NCBI GenBank assembly: GCA_002269645.1
Contig: NIVC01000696.1
Coordinates: 124,001 to 188,000 of the forward strand
DNA from: Macrostomum lignano
Taxonomy: Eukaryota
Direction of reading: 5' to 3'
Length of the DNA stretch: 64,000 bases
Shown here: piece after piece, positions 12,298-26,039 of the stretch
Position numbering within the stretch: position 1 is the first letter of the stretch
Layout of the letters: every line of letters starts with the position of its first letter
The notes under the pieces: generated by a model
Databases searched by the model: none
What the model was told of the DNA's origin: nothing
Seen by the model: the letters and a program-made list of their open reading frames with translations, nothing else
Position numbers and translations under genes: made by a program

Positions 12298-13312
12298 CTG
12301 AGATAGTCGAGTGCCAGATGCGGAGTGCATGCGTGAAAGTTTGCGGCAAAAAAATAATAGTCAGATATGATCACCCCCCCCCGTGATTGAGGCTTCAAGT
12401 ATTGCTATAAAGTAATTAAGCAGTGATAGAAGGGCTGATTGGTGCAGTCAAAAAGGCCATTAGAGACTAAAAAACTGTCTTCATCCTACACACACGCGCG
12501 CGGTTTGTCTCCAAGGCCGCGGGGCTCCAATGAAACCAAATGATGGTTGAAGGGTCAAAAAAGTTCCCCTATTGCGCAATTGACTGAAAGGCGGCAGGAA
12601 GACGCCTGGCTGCCTTATCCCATCCCGGGATCGAGCCTCAGTCCAGTCACGCAAAGGTCCGGTTTGCTCTCTGATCACACTTTATTGCACCGCGTCGCAT
12701 TTCTCTGCCTTTTTTTTCTTTCTCACTCTGCAGAGAGAACTGCATGCCTTTGTCCCTGATTGCGGACCCGAGGCCCCTTACCTTAATGCACCCAAATAAT
12801 GCTTTGTCTGCATACAGAGGGCGATATGTGTGCCTGGTCTCTAAGCTCTTCTCCCCCTTAGTAACTATGCTCACTTCTTGCGGCTCGGTGAAGTGAATTG
12901 CCTGGGCCAGTTGAAGATAATAATATAACACTTCTTATATCAGACTATAGCTTCGAATAGGCAGGCAAGGCAGGGGGACAATTGGGTCTCATATGGCTGG
13001 TTGACAGACAAGGCACAGGAATGGGGAGCACCGATCGTTCTGGCATCCCCTGCTGGATGAGCTGACCTATATGGAGCACACAACTCTCTCGACAGATTGT
13101 TAAGGATCAGAATTTTGATTTTGACAATATTTGTCTAACGATGCAAACTTTCAAAACTCTGTTGTTCCCCCGCACACTGGCCACTTGTTATCCCCGTAAC
13201 CTGAGATTGAATGATGAGGGACCTGTCCTGTCTCACTGGGCCTCATGCTGTCGACTGGGCAAACAAAATTATTGACTTTAGAAACAGCAGATGCTGCATT
13301 GAGCACAATAGG

Positions 13313-13315
<3 letters not shown>

Positions 13316-13347
<32 letters not shown>
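13316..13347. repeat. (GA)n microsatellite
   Basis: Direct reading. Confidence 0.95.
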
Positions 13348-13349
<2 letters not shown>

Positions 13350-14258
13350 GGTCCTGATCGCGTTGATGCAATTCAAACTTCGGCCGCTCGCACAACCGAC
13401 GGTAAATAATGCAATAAAAAGCAGTCATTGTTACAGCAGGTGAGAAAGGATATAAATATCTGTCTTAAGCAGGGATTGACTTTCCCCAAGCAGATGGAAC
13501 CGAAGGAGGCTGTGCTATAGCCTCCACTGTCCACCTCCCTATTATATCAACAAATATCAACAATTCGTACAGTTGAACCAAACCGAGAGTCTCGAGCATG
13601 CACTCACACCTCTGCCAGCTCATTAGCATACGGGTTGAAGGCAGGCAATAAAGCAGCGATGTTCTTCACCCTATGCCAGACAGTCAGTATACTATATGCG
13701 GGACGGGAGATGCCGCACGGCCAACCTCAGCGATATATTGTTGTTCGGCAGTGGGCGGGCTGAGTTCCGCAGCCTGGGTGGCTATAATATATAATTTCTA
13801 AATTTGCATAAAAACTGCCGAACTCCTGGCAGCCAGCAGAGCAAGGCAACCGCATGCGCTAAGCTGGTTGCGCACACGTGGGGCGGATGCTGGCATGCAG
13901 CGATTTGTCACCTTCCCGCGGGTGAAAGTGAGCGAGTGAGCGCCCCCACCGAATTACCCATATAAGCCCCCCCCCCCAAAAAAACTTTGCAGTTCGTGTC
14001 CATGCAAATTTAGAAAAAATAGCGCATATTGTTTATTATTGTTTCTGTTTTTCAAATATCAGGCCGCCTCTGCAAGCCAAGAATGCCAAGCCATGGGATT
14101 GCAAAGACAACTTTTTAAACTTATTATTTGACAGACGCGCTTGTTGCGTCACCATGGTTACCGGTGGATGGGAAGGGGTTGCTGCAGAATAACTGTTAGC
14201 TAAATGGCTGCTGGCTGCCCCGCATCCCCGACCATGCAGTCGTCAGGTTGTCACTCAC

Positions 14259-15078
14259 CGTCCCGGTCCGCGACCCCGCGGTTTCCGCCCTCCCGGAGCG
14301 GAAGCGGCAGCTGCGGCGGCTGCGGCAACGGCGGCGGCGGCGGCGGCGGAGAGACCGCCAAACTGCATGATGGCCAGGGTGTTGGCTTGAGGCAGGTGCT
14401 GTCTCTGCTGCTGCTGCTGGAACTGCTGCTGCTGCTGCGGTGGCGGCGGTTGACGCCGGGCCTGAATCTGCAGAGACGACTCGGCATCCATCGGCGAGGC
14501 GGAGCCGTCAGCTGGCTCCCCGGCGTCGTCCTCGGAGCTGCAGGCTCCAACAACAGCTTCGGCATCCTCGGCTGCCGCGGTGGAATTCGCCGAGCAGATC
14601 GAGGCGACGTCATCGGCGGCAGCAGCGCGGGCGACGGCCGGCTCCTCCAGGCAGGACTCGGCCAGGCGGGCGAAGTTGAAGCGCCGCTGGTGCTGCTGAA
14701 GTCGCTTCTTCTCCGGCTGCTGCTGGCGGCGGCGCGGCGGCGACTGGAGCTGCTGGAGCTGCTGGAGCTGCGGCATCGGCGCCTGCGCCAGCGGATGCAG
14801 CGCTCCCGCGGCAGCTGCGGCAAGCTGCGGCGCCATCGCGGCTCGCTGCTGGCAGCCGACCAGATGGTAGAAGCGCAGCAGCTGGCTGTGCCAGTAGGCC
14901 TGAGACATTGCGGCTGCGGCGGCTGCGGCGGCGGAAGCGGTAGTGTGTGCACCAGCGCTGGAGCCAGTCGGAGGCAAGCGGAACGGCATTCCAGCCGATG
15001 TGGCAATAGCGGAGCCTGCAGCCTGCAGGTGACCCGAGTTCGCTGGTCGATGTTGCTGCTGCTGCTGCTGCTGCAGGT
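14259..15078 (-). CDS. osr: Odd-skipped-like gene, exon 2 (Q/A-rich region)
   Basis: Acceptor ttgcag|AC (phase 1), 820 nt open, donor CG|gtgagt (phase 2); phases match exons 1 and 3. Confidence 0.85.
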
Positions 15079-16368
15079 CTGCAAGTTTAATTGAGAAATT
15101 TTGCTAAAAAAGTCAGCCGGCGGTAAAGAAATGATTCAATGAGTCAAGAATCACATTGAATAATTTGCTGAGAACAATCGCCATAGCAACTATACGATTG
15201 GTAATTGCGACTATTTCAACTTTGCAGTAATTTTTACGCAATAATACCGCACAGAACTCCTCACACCTTCTCACACAGAGGGTCCCTGCAGGCAGGCCAA
15301 AAACAAACTGAAGTCTCATTCAATTCAATATTAGTCTAAAAGTCAGCAATGTTTGTTCACCGATTAAGAGGCGAATTGCGCGTGCAGAAGGGCCCTCGTG
15401 TTTCCTATTTCTTTCGCTCTGCGGCAACAAAGTCTCTTTCTGACCCGCGGCTTTCAGTTCGACTTTCTTGACTGTATCATGGCGAAATAAATTGCATCGA
15501 ATTGCAAGTCATGCTGCCTCACCGGCGGCATGAGAAGACGGTCGCCGCTGCAGCAGCCGCCCTCCCCGCCAGCTTTGTTGAGCAATAATATCCCCTCCAA
15601 TGACTTTATCGGGCATTGTTTGCAGAGCAAATCTGCAGCAGTGCGCAACAATGGCATTGGTTGGCTACAAAAATACACACAGACAAACACTGGGCGGTTA
15701 GGGATCAGTGCTCTCTCCCACGCTGCCTGCATCACGAGCGGTGGCAGCGGCATGCATGTGGTGGCGGGGCGCATGGGTAACATGTGTGCGCAAACTTGTT
15801 GGTCTTGTCCAGGTCTCCGCGGCTCTCAGCACACAGGTCACCCCAGACATTCCCACGGGGCTCATTGGGCGGTGGCGGCGGCAGGTGGCTCCAGGAAAAA
15901 CTGTTAACCTTGTATTATAGAGGCGCGGCAAGTGAAAGGTAGGGAGGGAGAAAGAGAGTCGAGAGACAGAAAAAAACGGGGACCCCTCAGCAACAATTGT
16001 TAGAACTGGCGATGGCAAACAGACCCGGTGGTCTCGGGGCCCTGGGCCGTGCACTCAGGCAGCTAGCGCGTGTGTGTGCAAAGTGGCGACTTTTCTGCAT
16101 CACATGCTGCCAGTCAGTCTGGGCCTCGCGGCCTCTTTAACAATTCATTTCTCTCTCTCCCCGCTCTCTAAATAAACGCCATGTGAGCCAAATACATTTG
16201 AAGATGCTGGCCATGTGACCAGCAATTGTCAAACACAAAATGTTACCCTATTAATAAAATAATCTTTGACTCCAGGCCCTTCCTGTTCCTATATTACTTT
16301 CTCGAACATTAGCATTGATCGAATATATATGCATGCGTTAAATAATTGACAATCAAGTGAAGGCTCAC

Positions 16369-16456
16369 CTTTGCCATTTCTGATAAACGAAGAGTCCTGG
16401 TGCTGGCGTAGCATAGCCAGCAGATGGCTCATGTGCTGCTGCTGCTGCGGCTGCAT
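16369..16456 (-). CDS. osr: Odd-skipped-like gene, exon 1 (MQPQQQQHMSHLLAMLRQHQDSSFIRNGK)
   Basis: ATG at 16456, 88 nt, donor AAAG|gtgagc in phase 1 matches the exon 2 acceptor. Confidence 0.75.
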
Positions 16457-17076
16457 TGATGGCACAATGGTGGCTTAATGCTGATCGATATATGTTAAGA
16501 GCAGGTTGAGAACACACGGATAGTCCTGTGCGCGATGGAGGGCCCCCTGATGCGAGGGCAGGAGCGCCTTTTTATCAAGAAATCGTTGAACGGCGGCGCC
16601 TCAGTTTGCGGGGGCCGTAGGTGGGGATGATGTGGAGAGCAACGGATCGGCACTCTCAGCCAATGAGGTCGCAGTGGGGGAGGCCTGCCGGTCTCTGATT
16701 GGCAGTGGGCGCCGTGCCGCCCACACCCGGCGGCTGCTGCTGCTGCTCACACTGGGCCAGCGCCGCCTCATTGTCTCGGCACTGCAGGAGAGGCCTGACT
16801 CTGACTGACTTACCTATTAGGCCTGCTGAGATATACGGGGCCCATATCTGCATATGCAGCCCAGCGCTATCACTGGCGCCATATAGGGGCCTTGGGGCAA
16901 TGTAACTGGAAATATCATTATTGACACTGGCGCTGGGTCTTGGCGAGGGGAGCCGCCTATGGCGCCACAGCTCAGGAAATCCAGCTTTTTTTCTGTTGTT
17001 TCTTCTGTAAATTGGATAAGCTTTCGATTTTGGAGTTTAATGCATGGACCTTGGTTTTAATTAGGAGTGGAGCCAG

Positions 17077-18383
17077 TAGGAGTGTTGGTAGAGCTGTGCT
17101 GAGCACATCCAAGTTATGGCGCTACACATCAGGTTATGGGCTGCCATATACTGTTCAGGCGCCACATTTAGGGTTCAGGCGCCACATGTAGGGTTCAGGC
17201 GTCACATATCATACTCTGGTGCCACATATCATACTCTGGCGCCACATATCATACTCTGGTGCCACATAACATATTCTGGCACCACATATCATATTCTGGG
17301 GCCAAATATCATTATTTAGCGCCTCACATCGGATTCTGGCGCCACATATCAGATTATAGCGCCAAATTTTATATTCTAGTGCCATATATCAGATTCTGGC
17401 GCCTCACATCGGATTCTGGCGCCTCACATCGGATTCTGGCTCCTTACATCGGATTCTGGCGCCTTACATCGGATTCTGGCGCCTTACATCGGATTCTGGC
17501 GCCGCATATCTGACTCTGGCACCAAGTATCATTATTTAGCGCCATAATCAGATTCTGGCGCCACATATCATATTCTGGTGCCACATTTTATATTCTAGCG
17601 CCATATATCAGGTTCTGACACCACATATCGTACTCTGGCACCAAATATCATTATTTAGCGCCACATATCATATTCTGGCGCCACATTTTATATTCTAGCG
17701 CCATATATCAGGTTCTGGCGCCTCACATCGGATTCTGGCGCCTCACATCGGATTCTGGCGCCTCACATCGGATTCTGGCGCCTTACATCGGATTCTGGCG
17801 CCGCATATCTGACTCTGGCACCAAGTATCATTATTTAGCGCCATAAATCAGATTCTGGCGCCACATATCATCTTCTGGCGCCACATATCATATTCTGGCG
17901 CCAAAATTTATATTCTAGCGCCATATATCAGGTTCTGACACCACATATCATACTCTGGCACCAAATATCATTACTTAGCGCCACATATCATATTCTGGCG
18001 CCAGAATATGATATGTGGCGCCAGAATATGATATGTGGCGCCAGAATATGATATGTGGCGCCAGAATATGATATGTGGCGCCAGAATATGATATGTGGCG
18101 CCAGAATATGATATGTGGCGCCAGAATATGATATGTGGCGCCAGAATATGATATGTGGCGCCAGAATATGATATGTGGCGCCAGAATATGATATGTGGCG
18201 CCAGAATATGATATGTGGCGCCAGAATATGATATGTGGCGCCAGAATATGATATGTGGCGTCTGAACCCTACATATGGCGCCTGAACCCTAAATGTGGCG
18301 CCTGAACCCTATATGGCAGCCCAGAACCTGATGTGTAGCGCCATAACTTGGATGTGCTCAGCGCAGCTCTACCAACACTCCTA
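17077..18383. repeat. Fold-back structure: ~150-bp inverted repeats enclosing a 20-bp minisatellite that reverses orientation at 18000/18001
   Basis: TAGGAGTGTTGGTAGAGCTG...CACATCAGG at 17077 is mirrored by ...CAGCTCTACCAACACTCCTA ending 18383; unit CCACATATCATATTCTGGCG flips to CCAGAATATGATATGTGGCG. Confidence 0.9.
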
Positions 18384-20239
18384 ATTTATTATATTTTAGC
18401 GCCACATATCAGACTATAGCGCCATACATTGGTGCTGGAGTCTTAATGTCAGATTTTCCTGACTTTGGAATTCGGCACCTATCAATTAGATCTGAACTCC
18501 AGTACTGTGTATGAGCAGTTCCATTCCAATTTAATTAGAAGGTGTGATCCAAGCCAACTGACCACGAGCCCCAGCTTCACACCCATGCGATTGGCCACAA
18601 TGCACAGTTCGGGACCCACAGGCCGTGGACATTCAGTCGAAGTGACAAGTTAAACAAATTGGCGTATGCCATACTGCGCTTGTGTATTCGAATCTCCCAC
18701 CTGAACTCAATTGGAAAACGTCAATAGGGATTTGAAATTTTAAGCGTTGTCATGGGGGCAAGTAAACTTATTGCATGGTGAAATTTCAATACTATTTATT
18801 ATTTTGATGGAGAGAAGTGTTACATATATATTAATAGAGTAGGTAGGATTAAGGTGCGAAGGCTCAGCATAGTTACCACAGATCATGTAAGGCAAGAATG
18901 AGAACAATAGGGAAGCTGCTATACTTGAGGATATTATATGAGCAATTTTGGTTGAGTGGACAATATCGCATGTATTCCCTATATATAGTGAGTTGAGTTG
19001 CCCGCATAACAAATGAAGTTCGATTTGATTTTTATAGAGAATTATAAACAGTATTAAAATGGTTTGGCGAGGTTGCCCCTGGGGTGGGATTTAATTTTTT
19101 AAAAAGAACGAGAGATAGCTGATGGATAAGTGGGAGGAGTTGATGAATTCATCATATATAGAGCCCAGCCCCCGCTGAGGTGGGAATATAGATAAGGTAG
19201 ACAGATAGGGTCATATTATAGAGGTGTCACAGGTCAAAACATCCTATTGAGAGTGTGAGAGGATGGCGCAACCCCTATGCATGTGCAGGTTAGCGTGCAG
19301 CCAACTTTGCAAGAACCGTTGATGCATACACTGTATAATACGGTAATGCGACAATTAATCCCCTTTCTCATGTTATATACACTGAGCCATATTTAGCCTT
19401 TGATTGTGCTGATTTCTCGTTCCACTCCCATGTGCCCAGCCATGCAGGACCAGCGCAGCGGGAGTTCCCATATCCAAATGATCCCGCAAATGGCTGATAA
19501 ATATACGCGGATTTGCATTCCGTAAATCTGAGCAGGACAAAACGGTACATAAGAACAGAAATACGTGGCTGATGTCTTTGACAAATTTATCATTTTTAAA
19601 TATACAGCATTCAATTTCAATGCATCGATTCGCATATACTCCGCGGATCTCAGGTTTCCATGAAATCCTGAAGGTGCCATGCCGGCTCCAACTTCTATAA
19701 CACTTCCTTTCGATGCCTTTTAGTGCTTTTCTAACTCGCACAATTCACAACAACCGAAGTTCGTCAGACGAGGCTGCAGTTAAGGCAGTGGAAATGAGGT
19801 CCGTTCCGCATCGCTCAGCCGCTGCAGGTGGGCTCCTCCTTCATCAAGCCTGTGCAATAGCTGCATGCGCAACTCCAATTGATTATATATGTGTATACAT
19901 TAAAATGCGCACGGGGCTTTCCTTTGCATGGGAAGTGCGGTGAAATGTGAGCGCTAAGAGGGTTCAAAGCTTGCTTGCATCTCGTATATGACCGCGGGCG
20001 TGTGATGCTGCTCTATCAGTTCCGGCGATGGAGCGACAGCCTCAGATGGAACTGAGAGCGTGAATTTCATGCAAATTAACCAAAACCCGTTTTTATTGAG
20101 CCGCACAGAGGCGGAGGGGAAGCTTTAGGTGGCTCAGCCACTTAGCGCTGGATTTATTCATAGAATCTCGTGAAACCTGCTTGCTGTGCCTTGAACTTTT
20201 ATCTATGAAGGCAATGTCTGTGCCAGAATCTTAATTCGG

Positions 20240-20945
20240 GTGAATCTCATTTTGATTGAATCTCATTTCGGGTGAGTCTCATTTCGGGTGAGTCTCATCT
20301 CAGGAGAATCTCATCTCAGGTCAATCTCATCTTAGGTGAGTCTCATTTCAGGAGAATCTCATTTCAGGTGAGTCTTATTTTGGGTGAGTCTCATTTTGGG
20401 TGAGTCTCATTTCAGGTGAGTCTCATTTTGGGTGAGTCTCATTTCAGTAGAATCTCATCTCAGGTCAATCTCATCTTAGGTGAGTCTCATTTCAGGAGAA
20501 TCTCATCTCAGGTCAATCTCATCTTAGGTGAGTCCCATTTCAGGAGAATCTCATTTCAGGTGAGTCTTATTTTGGGTGAGTCTCATTTTGGGTGAGTCTC
20601 ATTTTGGGTGAGTCTCATTTCAGGTGAGTCTCATTTTGGGTGAGTCTCATTTCAGGTGAGTCTCATTTTGGGTGAGTCTCATTTCAGGTGAGTCTCATTT
20701 TAGGTGAGTCTCATTTCAGGAGAATCTCATCTCAGGTCAATCTCATCTTAGGTGAGTCCCATTTCAGGAGAATCTCATTTCAGGTGAGTCTTATTTTGGG
20801 TGAGTCTCATTTCAGGTGAGTCTCATTTTGGGTGAGTCTCATTTCAGGTGAGTCTCATTTTAGGTGAGTCTCATTTCAGGAGAATCTCATCTCAGGTCAA
20901 TCTCATCTTAGGTGAGTCTCATTTCGGGTGAATCTCATTTAGGGT
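20240..20945. repeat. 15-bp minisatellite (GGTGAGTCTCATTTC/TT)
   Basis: ~15-nt period with variant units. Confidence 0.95.
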
Positions 20946-22914
20946 AAACTTCAGTTTGGGTGAATATGCATTTCTCCAGTTCGTACTTTCTTCTATCTTA
21001 AAAATATTCAGAATATTAATTCACGGAAATGATCTCTACATAATTTTATATAAGCCGGGGAATCTCCAAAGGAATAAAGAGCTGGTTGCTCTCATCCACT
21101 CGCAACTCTGAAGCACTCAGATATCTGCATGGGTATAAAAAACTGCTAAAAAAACCAAAAATAATGTCGCATGAACCTGAAAAAAGAAACTTCTCGGATG
21201 CACCCGACAAACGGGAAGTGCCAAAAGCAAAATTTCTTAGCTAATAAGCCAGCAGTAAATAATGGCCCGGCCGGCATGGCAACAGCAGACAGTGACTTGC
21301 GCAGTATTCTGCAGAACTCAGTGAAGCATTGCTGGCAAGTCAGCAACAGCAATTGGAGACAATTCTGCTTATTCGGCACGCGAATGCAGGGACCGAGTCT
21401 CGCAGGAGTTCGGTATCTCATCCATTTTTTAGCATTTTCAGCATCTTATACAGTGAGCTGCTGCGCGATAGGCATCTCAACCGCTGAATCGAGTGAGTAT
21501 AAAGAGCTGGCCTGTGGCAGCATGCTTTAAAACACACACAAACTCCTTCACTCTCTCCTCAGTAAATGGCTTTTTGTGCCGACTGCGTTTTTATAGCCAA
21601 CCCTTCTTCAAGATGGAAATTAATTGCTTTTGCTTGCTCGTCCCCTGGCTGGCAGTAAAATCCCTGCAGTCCCCCCTTGCCGCTTGGCGCAGTCCATTAT
21701 TGATGGGAGGGGATTCAAAACCAGGCGAGCTCAAATCTTCCTCTTCCCTAATCAGCTGCTCAATCTCGCATAAAAAAGCCGGACATCGCGGGGCAAAAAT
21801 CCATCGCGGATGTTTGCGGACACCAACTGGTGCTGAGTTGAGCAAGCAGCCTCTGATTTGCTTGTTGATTTGACAAGAAGCCCTCTTCCCCGCGCGGACA
21901 AAGGAAGGCCGAAAATTGCTTTGTCAAAGCCAAGCAAGGGGCAATCGTGTTTATCCCCGAGCTGTTTGCCTGGGGATTTTAAACAGTGTTGAATATCCCC
22001 ATACGGTAAGATGCTTCGTCTATAATAGGGAAGTTCAGCGGCGGTTTAGTCTCTAAGGCTGCTCAAGTGGATTGTCTGATTACTGCTCAGGACGAGAGTG
22101 AGACCACCTGTTCTCCGGAGGTCAATGATATCTGGTCAACAGAGTCTAAGCATTCCCACTGCCAATCTGACAGGTAAAAATTATTAGCATAAATTCAATA
22201 AACTACTAACAACCCCGATTGGTTACTGTCAGTAGACAGAAAGGGTAAGCCGAATAAATTAAAAAGTTAGTTGATATTTAGATGCATTTTAGTTGTTAAA
22301 TAAACAAACTGGTTATACTTGGAAATGTGTTACATGATAATGTAACAGCAACACATCTTTAATGTATTAATTATGGCATGCTTGAATAATGTGATAACAG
22401 GCATATATAGTGTATAATACGCACAAATAATTTAATATTATTCAACCATATTAATGTTGGTTGTTGTACAGGCAGTTACAACAGACTGACACACAAAAAT
22501 TAAACGAACTTCAATAGAAAATACACTGAGTCTAAAATCAACAAATTTCATAAAAAAGCTTCTATTTTTGGTTCAAAAGAGTGCTCGAGGGTCTGGATAA
22601 AAAGTTCAGTTTTGGATGTGTTCATATACGCATCTCGCTACTGATCTGCTTCAAGCAGAAAGTAGTCAATTTAAACACGAATATGTCCCGGATTTGAAAT
22701 TATTAATACGAAAAGGATTAAACAAAACAAAATGAGATTAAATAAAACACTCAATAGTTGGGAATAGGTACAACTGGAAAATGGGATGCTTTGCAGGAAA
22801 TCCATTGGGAAATTGAAAATTCCAAAGCCAAAGGTTTTTTTCTGCAGCAAAATTGACAGATCAGGTGTGGACCGAATTGATGCGGATTATAAAGATACAT
22901 CTTAAATTTGAATC

Positions 22915-23505
22915 TCAAAAGTAGATCTCAGGATCTCAGGGGTAAATCTCAGGATCTCAGGTGTAGATCTCAGGGGTTATATCTCAATGGTAAATCTCAG
23001 GGGTTAGATTTTAATGGTAGATCTCAATGGTAGATCTCAATGGTAGATCTCAGGGGTTAGATTTTAATGGTAGATCTCAATGGTAGATCTCAGGGGTTAG
23101 ATTTTAATGGTAGATCTCAATGGTAGACCTCAGGGGTTAGATTTTAATGGTAGATCTCAATGGTAGACCTCAGGGGTTAGATTTTAATGGTAGATCTCAA
23201 TGGTAGATCTCAGGGGTTAGATTTTATTGGTAGATCTCAATGGTAGATCTCAGGGGTTAGATTTTAATGGTAGATCTCAATGGTAGATCTCAGGGGTTAG
23301 ATTTTATTGGTAGATCTCAATGGTAGATCTCAGGGGTTAGATTTTAATGGTAGATCTCAATGGTAGATCTCAGGGGTTAGATTTTAATGGTAGATCTCAA
23401 TGGTAGATCTCAGGGGTTAGATTTTAATGGTAGATCTCAATGGTAGATCTCAGGGGTTAGATTTTAATGGTAGATCTCAATGGTAGATCTCAGGGGTTAG
23501 ATCTC
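22915..23505. repeat. 40-bp minisatellite (TGGTAGATCTCAGGGGTTAGATTTTAATGGTAGATCTCAA)
   Basis: 40-nt period just downstream of the PEF-A stop. Confidence 0.95.
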
Positions 23506-23611
23506 ACTGAACGCAAATCTGGAAGAGATGAGGCGACGCAGGCAACTTGCAAAGCATTGTGCGGAGTCTTTATATTTCAGTTTCTGTCACTGTCTCCAGC
23601 TTCACAAGCAC

Positions 23612-23914
23612 TCAGGCCCGCATAATACAGTTGAGCAGGAAGTCCTCGTAGGGCGCGCCGCGGCCCTCGGTGCGGTAGCGATGCGCCGCCGAGGCGATCA
23701 GGGCGTTCAGCGAGATGAAGCTGTCTAGGCCGACTTCCATAGCTGGCGGCCGGGCGAACCGGCGAGCGGCCTGGTCAATAAAGCGCGGCGAGAAGGCGCA
23801 GGAGTGCACGCGGTTGAGGGCGTTGCCGAGCTCCATCGGCGTCAGCTGGCGCGACCGGCTGGCGTCGAAGTCGACGAACACGGCGCGCCAATGACGGACG
23901 AAATTGAAGATGGC
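23612..23914 (-). CDS. Penta-EF-hand protein A (PDCD6/peflin/sorcin family), last exon
   Basis: Acceptor cgcag|GCC; AIFNFVRHWRAVFVDFDASRSRQLTPMEL...LDSFISLN...YEDFL resembles PEF EF3-EF5. Confidence 0.85.
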   Translation of the reverse strand, partial: AIFNFVRHWRAVFVDFDASRSRQLTPMELGNALNRVHSCAFSPRFIDQAARRFARPPAMEVGLDSFISLNALIASAAHRYRTEGRGAPYEDFLLNCIMRA

Positions 23915-24084
23915 CTGCGTGAATGAGGCCAAGGGGGGTGGCGTTTGTCATGCAGACAGCTTCTGAGCTCTCGAATCCGATCGGCTACTAATGAGTAGCG
24001 AGAAAAGGATGTGAAGCGAATCTCCTACGGTGTGCGTACTGGTGAGTTCTGGTGAGGTGGTTAAGATGAGCTGGCGAAATCTCA

Positions 24085-24525
24085 TTTAGACACAAAAAGA
24101 TTAAGCTCCGCTAATCCCATCCTGAGATTAAGCTCCGCTAATCCCATACTGAGATTAAGCTCCGCTAATCCCATACTGAGATTAAGCTCCGCTAATCCCA
24201 TACTGAGATTAAGCTCCGCTAATCCCATACTGAGATTAAGCTCCGCTAATCCCATACTGAGATTAAGCTCCGCTAATCCCATACTGAGATTAAGCTCCGC
24301 TAATCCCATCCTGAGATTAAGCTCTGCTAATCTCATCCTGAAAAGATTAAGCTCCGCTAATTACATCCTGAGATTAAGCTCTGCTAATCTCATCCTGAAA
24401 AGATTAAGCTCCGCTAATCCTATCCTGAGATTAAGCTCCGCTAATCCCATCCTGAGATTAAGCTCCGCTAATCCCATCCTGAAAAGATTAAGCTCCGCTA
24501 ATCCAATCCCGAGAAGGCTAAGGTC
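24085..24525. repeat. 27-bp minisatellite within the PEF-A intron
   Basis: GAGATTAAGCTCCGCTAATCCCATACT in tandem, starting close to the donor. Confidence 0.95.
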
Positions 24526-24544
24526 CGCTAATCCCAAAGCTCAC

Positions 24545-25049
24545 CTCGAACTCTCGAACGTCAATAGTGCCGCTCCGGTCGGAGTCGAACATGTTCACCA
24601 GCATCTGGCAAGTTGCCAGTTCAAACGATCTGCCGTCGTCATTGATCAGAGCGCTCTGCAGCTCCGACACGGTGATTGCGCCGTCGCGATTTTCGTCAAC
24701 AACGGCGAACCAGCTGGCCACCTCCGGGTTCACGTTGGACGCCAGCTGCAGAGACGGAGGCGGCGGCCCCGGCTGCTGCTGCTGCGGATTGTACGGCGGC
24801 TGCTGAGGATACGGAGTCTGCTGCTGCTGGGGATTGAACTGCGGATTGTAGGGCTGCTGCTGCTGCTGGGGATTGAACTGCGGATTGTAGGGCTGCTGCT
24901 GCTGCTGCTGCTGAGGATTGAACTGCGGATTGTACGGCGGCTGCTGCTGCTGAGCAGGATATCCGGGATGCGATCCGGCGCCACCTCGATTTGCTCCAGC
25001 CGCATCTTCGTAGGCTGGCGGCGGCGGCACTCCAGCCGCGTCCCCGTAA
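24545..25049 (-). CDS. Penta-EF-hand protein A, exon with P/Q-rich N-terminus plus EF1-EF2 (first exon not located)
   Basis: Acceptor cccag|T (phase 2); QQQQPYNPQFNP repeats; loops DENRDGAITVSE and DSDRSGTIDVRE; donor GAG|gtgagc. Confidence 0.88.
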
Positions 25050-25282
25050 CTGGGGATGTTGGTATTGTAGCTGTAAGACAGGGGATGTTGGTATTGTAGC
25101 TGTAAGACTGGGGATGTTGGTATTGTAGCTGTAAGACTGGGGATGTTGGTATTGTAGCTGTAAGACTGGGGATGTTGGTATTGTAGCTGTAAGACTGGGG
25201 ATGTTGGTATTGTAGCTGTAAGACTGGGGATGTTGGTATTGTAGCTGTAAGACTGGGGATGTTGGTATTGTAGCTGTAAGAC
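25050..25282. repeat. 29-bp minisatellite (CTGGGGATGTTGGTATTGTAGCTGTAAGA), 8 copies, abutting the PEF-A acceptor
   Basis: 29-nt period; the end unit supplies the AG. Confidence 0.95.
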
Positions 25283-25289
25283 AGAATCT

Positions 25290-25615
25290 GGACACTTTTA
25301 ACTTAGGCTCTGGGCACTCCTAACTGAGAATCTGGGCACTCTTAATTGAGGATCTGGGCACTCTTAACTGAGGAACTGGGTACTCTTAACTGAGGATCTG
25401 GGTACTCTTAACTGAGAATCTGGGCACTCTTAATTGAGGATCTGGGTACTCTTAACTGAGGATCTGGGCACTCTTAACTTAGGCTCTGGGCACTCCTAAC
25501 TGAGAATCTGGGCACTCTTAATTGAGGATCTGGGCACTCTTAACTGAGGAACTGGGTACTCTTAACTGAGAATCTGGGCACTCTTAACTGAGGAACTGGG
25601 CACTCTTAACTGAGA
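25290..25615. repeat. 22-bp minisatellite (GGCACTCTTAACTGAGGATCTG)
   Basis: 22-nt period. Confidence 0.93.
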
Positions 25616-26039
25616 TAAAAAATCAGAAAAAAATATCAATAACGTAAGCAAAGCGAAGGCAGGTTATTTAAAGAATAATTAATTAAATACTCGCAGTCTA
25701 TAGTTAATCCAAACAATGGGTTATCATTTGCGCAGTCTGCTGCATAACAGTAGAAATTTTATAAAGTAAAACAGCACGTTTAATTTTTACTGACAGCAGT
25801 TGACACCTTGACAGCTATGAACTCGTTTTTTAAATCCAGCTTGGTTTAGTTTTTGGTTAAAACAGTTAGGAAAAACAAAATTTAAATGAATAATACTCGA
25901 AATAATAATAATAGGGCACCTGGGCTTCAATATGCACAGCGAATCTGATCTGGATAGCAAAAAAATATGAATTTTCAACAATCAATTATCAGCCTTGCTG
26001 CACTGCGCTGCTGACGAAGTTGACCTGACAGATGTTCAC

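Noticed and set aside
14204-15094. 296-aa plus-strand ORF and the alternative minus frame 14251-15084
   Set aside because: Shadows of the Q/A-rich osr exon 2, whose frame is fixed by matching splice phases.
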